Below, in pieces: positions 35,515-38,001 of a stretch of 38,001 nt of DNA. The position numbers were made by a program, and so were the translations under genes. This DNA is from Polyangiales bacterium. Its GTDB lineage: Bacteria; Myxococcota_A; Polyangia; Polyangiales; Houyiibacteriaceae. Within the stretch, counting starts at the first letter, position 1. Each line of letters begins with the position of its first letter. Location of the stretch: the NCBI GenBank assembly GCA_048550275.1, contig JBLYYU010000263.1:1-38001 (forward strand), in the 5' to 3' direction. The notes beneath the pieces were generated by a model. That model searched no databases. It was not told where the DNA came from and was given only the letters and a program-made list of their open reading frames with translations.

Positions 35515-36603
35515 TCATGCATTTGCAACCTCATGGTAATGTTGTGTGGTCAGCGCTGCCCAGGACTCGGGGGAATGCCGAAGGCGGACTTCGGGCCCGC
35601 GGCGGTGGGCGCCCTCGCGGAGCGTTGTCCTTTGCGATGGCAGTGATTCGAGTGCGATCGACCATGCTTCGACGTCGTCAGGCGCGACCAAGATCGCGTT
35701 TTCGCCTTCCCAGACAGCCTCAGGCACCCCGCCTACCCTGCTCGCGACGACTGGAACTTCACTGGCGGCCGCTTCCAATATCACCAAGGGGAGCCCCTCC
35801 CGCCGGGAGGGCAGAACGAGAGCTTCGGCTTTGGACAAGAGCTCAGGAACATCCCGCCGCACGCCGAGCCAGCGCACTCTATTTTCGAGGCCGAGCTCGG
35901 TCGAAAGCGCCTTCCACTGGTCCGCACAGGGTCCATCGCCGGCCACATCGAGACTGAGCTCCTTGGGCGCGCGGGGCGTGGCGAGTGCTCGGAGCAGAAC
36001 ATCCAGGCCCTTTTCTTCGCTCAATCGGCCCAAGAACAGCAGAGCGCCTTCCGATGGCGGAGAGCCGGCTTCGGAACCCGGAGCGGGAAGCGAGACCGGG
36101 TTCGGCACGGTCCGGAGCTTGGAGCGGGGCACCCCAGCGGCGACGAGCGCCTCCGTCGTCGCGTTCGACACCGCGAATACGAGGTCGACCCGCGCGTAGA
36201 GGGAGCGAGCGAGCCCCTCGTAGAGACGGGCCAGACGATCGTGGCCGGTTTCACCGTGATGCGTGACCACGAGGGACGAGCGCTTGCTGCGCGCGAAGAT
36301 CGAATAGACCAGCGCTTTGTAGCCGTGCGCGTGAACGAGCTCCGCGCCCTGCGCTCTCAGTTTCTGACGAAGATGGACGATCGAGCGGACATCGAACCTG
36401 CCTCGGGCGCGCAGGGGCTCGACCGGGACCCCCTTGGCCTGCGCCGCCGCAATGAGCTGCTCGCCATATTGCGGACAGCGATCGTCCACGATGACGAGCA
36501 GGCGAACCTCGTGTCCCTTCGCGACCAGAGCCGCGCAGCCCTGAAGGACGACATTTTCGGCTCCCGCCATGAGGCCCGGGGCGATGATGTGGCTCACGCG
36601 CAC
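35515..36603 (-). CDS. Glycosyltransferase family 4
   Basis: GAE, VHAHG, T.HG, NPV, GRLSEEKG, GDGP, PSRREGLPLVILEAAA (EX7E), SRVGGVPE. Confidence 0.92.
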   Translation of the reverse strand: MRVSHIIAPGLMAGAENVVLQGCAALVAKGHEVRLLVIVDDRCPQYGEQLIAAAQAKGVPVEPLRARGRFDVRSIVHLRQKLRAQGAELVHAHGYKALVYSIFARSKRSSLVVTHHGETGHDRLARLYEGLARSLYARVDLVFAVSNATTEALVAAGVPRSKLRTVPNPVSLPAPGSEAGSPPSEGALLFLGRLSEEKGLDVLLRALATPRAPKELSLDVAGDGPCADQWKALSTELGLENRVRWLGVRRDVPELLSKAEALVLPSRREGLPLVILEAAASEVPVVASRVGGVPEAVWEGENAILVAPDDVEAWSIALESLPSQRTTLREGAHRRGPEVRLRHSPESWAALTTQHYHEVANA

Positions 36604-37742
36604 GGTTCAGGCCCGATAGGAGACCTGAGGAAGGGCCTCTTCGCGATCTCGCTGTAGAGCTCGACGTACCGGTCGACCATGCTGTCGATGCTGTAGCTCT
36701 CCTGTATGCGCGCCCGCCCGCTCATCGCGAGAGCTTGAGCTCGATCGGGCCCTTCCGCGAGGCTCGTCAGGGCGCGGGCCAGAAATTCGGGGGCCTGGGA
36801 CGGCACCAGCAGGCCCGCTCCTCCAGCCAGAAGCTCCCCGACGCCTCCTACGTCGGTCGCAACGACCGGAACACCGAAAGACATCGCTTCGAGCAGGCAA
36901 AGCGGAAGACCCTCTCGCGTGCTGTTGAGAACGCAGGCGTCGAGCGCCGAGTAGAACGGGGCCATGTCCTCGACGGCGCCCAGCCATCGGACCTGCTCGC
37001 TCAGGCCTGCGCGCTCCGCCTGAGCGCGAAGCGTGGGACCAAGCGGGCCTTCACCCGCACAGGCGAGAATCGAACCGGGTTTGTCACGGAGCAGGCGCGC
37101 AAACGCCTCGAGGAGACCTGCGTGGTTCTTCTCGGGCGAAAGCCGGGCGGCGCAGCCAACCACGAAGCTGCCTTCGTCTGCGCCGAGCAGAGCACGCCCC
37201 TGAGCCCGCATTGGCTGCACATCCGCCGGAAGAGGGACGCCGTTGGGGATCACCCGGCATCGGCCCGGCCAGCGCTTTCGGTACTCGGCGACCTCCGGAG
37301 ACACGGCGACAACCTCAGCGAACGGTGACATGAGAGCGCCCAGGACTCGCCTCCGCCGGGTATCGTAGAGCTCGTGCGAGTGCTCGGTGTGGACCTGGGG
37401 ACAGCGCGCGAGAAACGCCGCGGGCGCCCCGTACACGAACGGGCCGACGTGGTGAGTGTGCAAGACGTCGATTCGCTCCCGCCGGAGGACAGACCGCAGC
37501 CGCCATACCAGCCTCGGATTCAGGCCCGGACCGCTCTCGACCAACATCGTCCGAATGCCCTGCTGCTCGAGCGCTGGCCGGATTGGGCCGTCTCCCAGGT
37601 AGCCGATCACCAGGCTTTCGACGCCCCGCGACCTCGAGGCGACGCTCAGCCGCTCGACCATGCGCTCGAGCCCGCCGATCGCGAAGTACTGAATCAGATG
37701 GGCTACGCGCAACGGCCGATGCGGCTTGGTTTGCTCGGTCAA
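36594..37742 (-). CDS. Glycosyltransferase family 4
   Basis: GGLER, LHTHH, TEH, IPNGV, ARLSPEKNH, STREGLPLCLLEAMS (EX7E), TDVGGV.E. TTG at 37742 chosen because GGAG precedes it and it lies downstream of the sigma54 promoter. Confidence 0.9.
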   Translation of the reverse strand: MTEQTKPHRPLRVAHLIQYFAIGGLERMVERLSVASRSRGVESLVIGYLGDGPIRPALEQQGIRTMLVESGPGLNPRLVWRLRSVLRRERIDVLHTHHVGPFVYGAPAAFLARCPQVHTEHSHELYDTRRRRVLGALMSPFAEVVAVSPEVAEYRKRWPGRCRVIPNGVPLPADVQPMRAQGRALLGADEGSFVVGCAARLSPEKNHAGLLEAFARLLRDKPGSILACAGEGPLGPTLRAQAERAGLSEQVRWLGAVEDMAPFYSALDACVLNSTREGLPLCLLEAMSFGVPVVATDVGGVGELLAGGAGLLVPSQAPEFLARALTSLAEGPDRAQALAMSGRARIQESYSIDSMVDRYVELYSEIAKRPFLRSPIGPEPCA

Positions 37743-37792
37743 GCTAGACTCCGGGGAACAGACCAGAATGGGTTCCGAGATGGGACGATGGC

Positions 37793-37809
37793 AGCAAGTA
37801 TCGAGCCAT
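37793..37809 (-). promoter_or_regulatory. sigma54 -24/-12 promoter of the GT4 operon
   Basis: Minus strand ATGGCTCGATACTTGCT, a near-consensus TGGC-N7-TTGC match. Confidence 0.8.
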
Positions 37810-37827
37810 CGGACCAAAGCGCACGCC

Positions 37828-37876
37828 TGTCCCGAACCGGCACGGCAGAACGCTGAAGGTGTTTCGTAGTGAAACG
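37828..37876. promoter_or_regulatory. Pair of 17-bp inverted repeats between divergent sigma54 promoters
   Basis: TGTCCCGAACCGGCACG (37828-37844) and TGTTTCGTAGTGAAACG (37860-37876), 32 bp apart. Confidence 0.55.
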
Positions 37877-37928
37877 ATTCATGTATTCTTGCGGGGCGAG
37901 CGCATCAGTCCGGGACTCCGATCGCCAC

Positions 37929-37963
37929 TTGGCCGTGATCTTGCTGTAGGCTCCGATCTTGCT
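37929..37963 (+). promoter_or_regulatory. Divergent sigma54 promoter (tandem duplicate) for a gene starting at or beyond the window edge
   Basis: TTGGCCGTGATCTTGCT (37929-37945) and TAGGCTCCGATCTTGCT (37947-37963), both GG-N10-GC. Confidence 0.65.
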
Positions 37964-38001
37964 TACGGATAGCTGAGTGACCAGGTCCTCCCAAATGCTC
38001 C

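Noticed and set aside
37743-37817. Longer N-terminus of the GT4 (ORF-track start 37817)
   Set aside because: It would overlap the near-consensus sigma54 promoter. TTG at 37742 has a GGAG RBS and begins close to the GT4 domain.
37905-38001. 3' end of a minus-strand gene entering from the right edge
   Set aside because: The open frames are short with no recognisable motif, and the region is better explained by rightward sigma54 promoters. This cannot be settled without flanking sequence.

Overview
High-GC bacterial chromosomal window, most likely from a Myxococcota/Polyangia-type organism. This is inferred from a 'myxococcus cysteine-rich' repeat protein, many Cys-lipoproteins and abundant sigma54 elements. 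I saw no rRNA, tRNA, CRISPR array or mobile element. The region 1-26 kb is a mixed accessory/housekeeping stretch: an MMPL/RND + LolA-like + outer-membrane barrel operon, lipid/steroid-type enzymes, a degenerate EF-G paralogue, RNA-modification and ribosome-rescue genes, and several uncharacterised lipoproteins. The region 26.2-38 kb is a surface/exopolysaccharide locus: DUF4832 hydrolase, PglK/MsbA-like ABC exporter, two GT4 enzymes and a GT2-priming transferase fusion. The most striking feature is a regulatory module inside that locus. A full-length GlmS homologue has lost its key catalytic residues but kept glutamine-binding ones. It sits directly upstream of an orphan sigma54 activator with an atypical receiver domain. 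Four main sigma54 promoter elements and four pairs of a shared 17-bp inverted repeat link these genes into an apparent regulon. All family assignments and alignments were made by eye from motifs, with no database searches.
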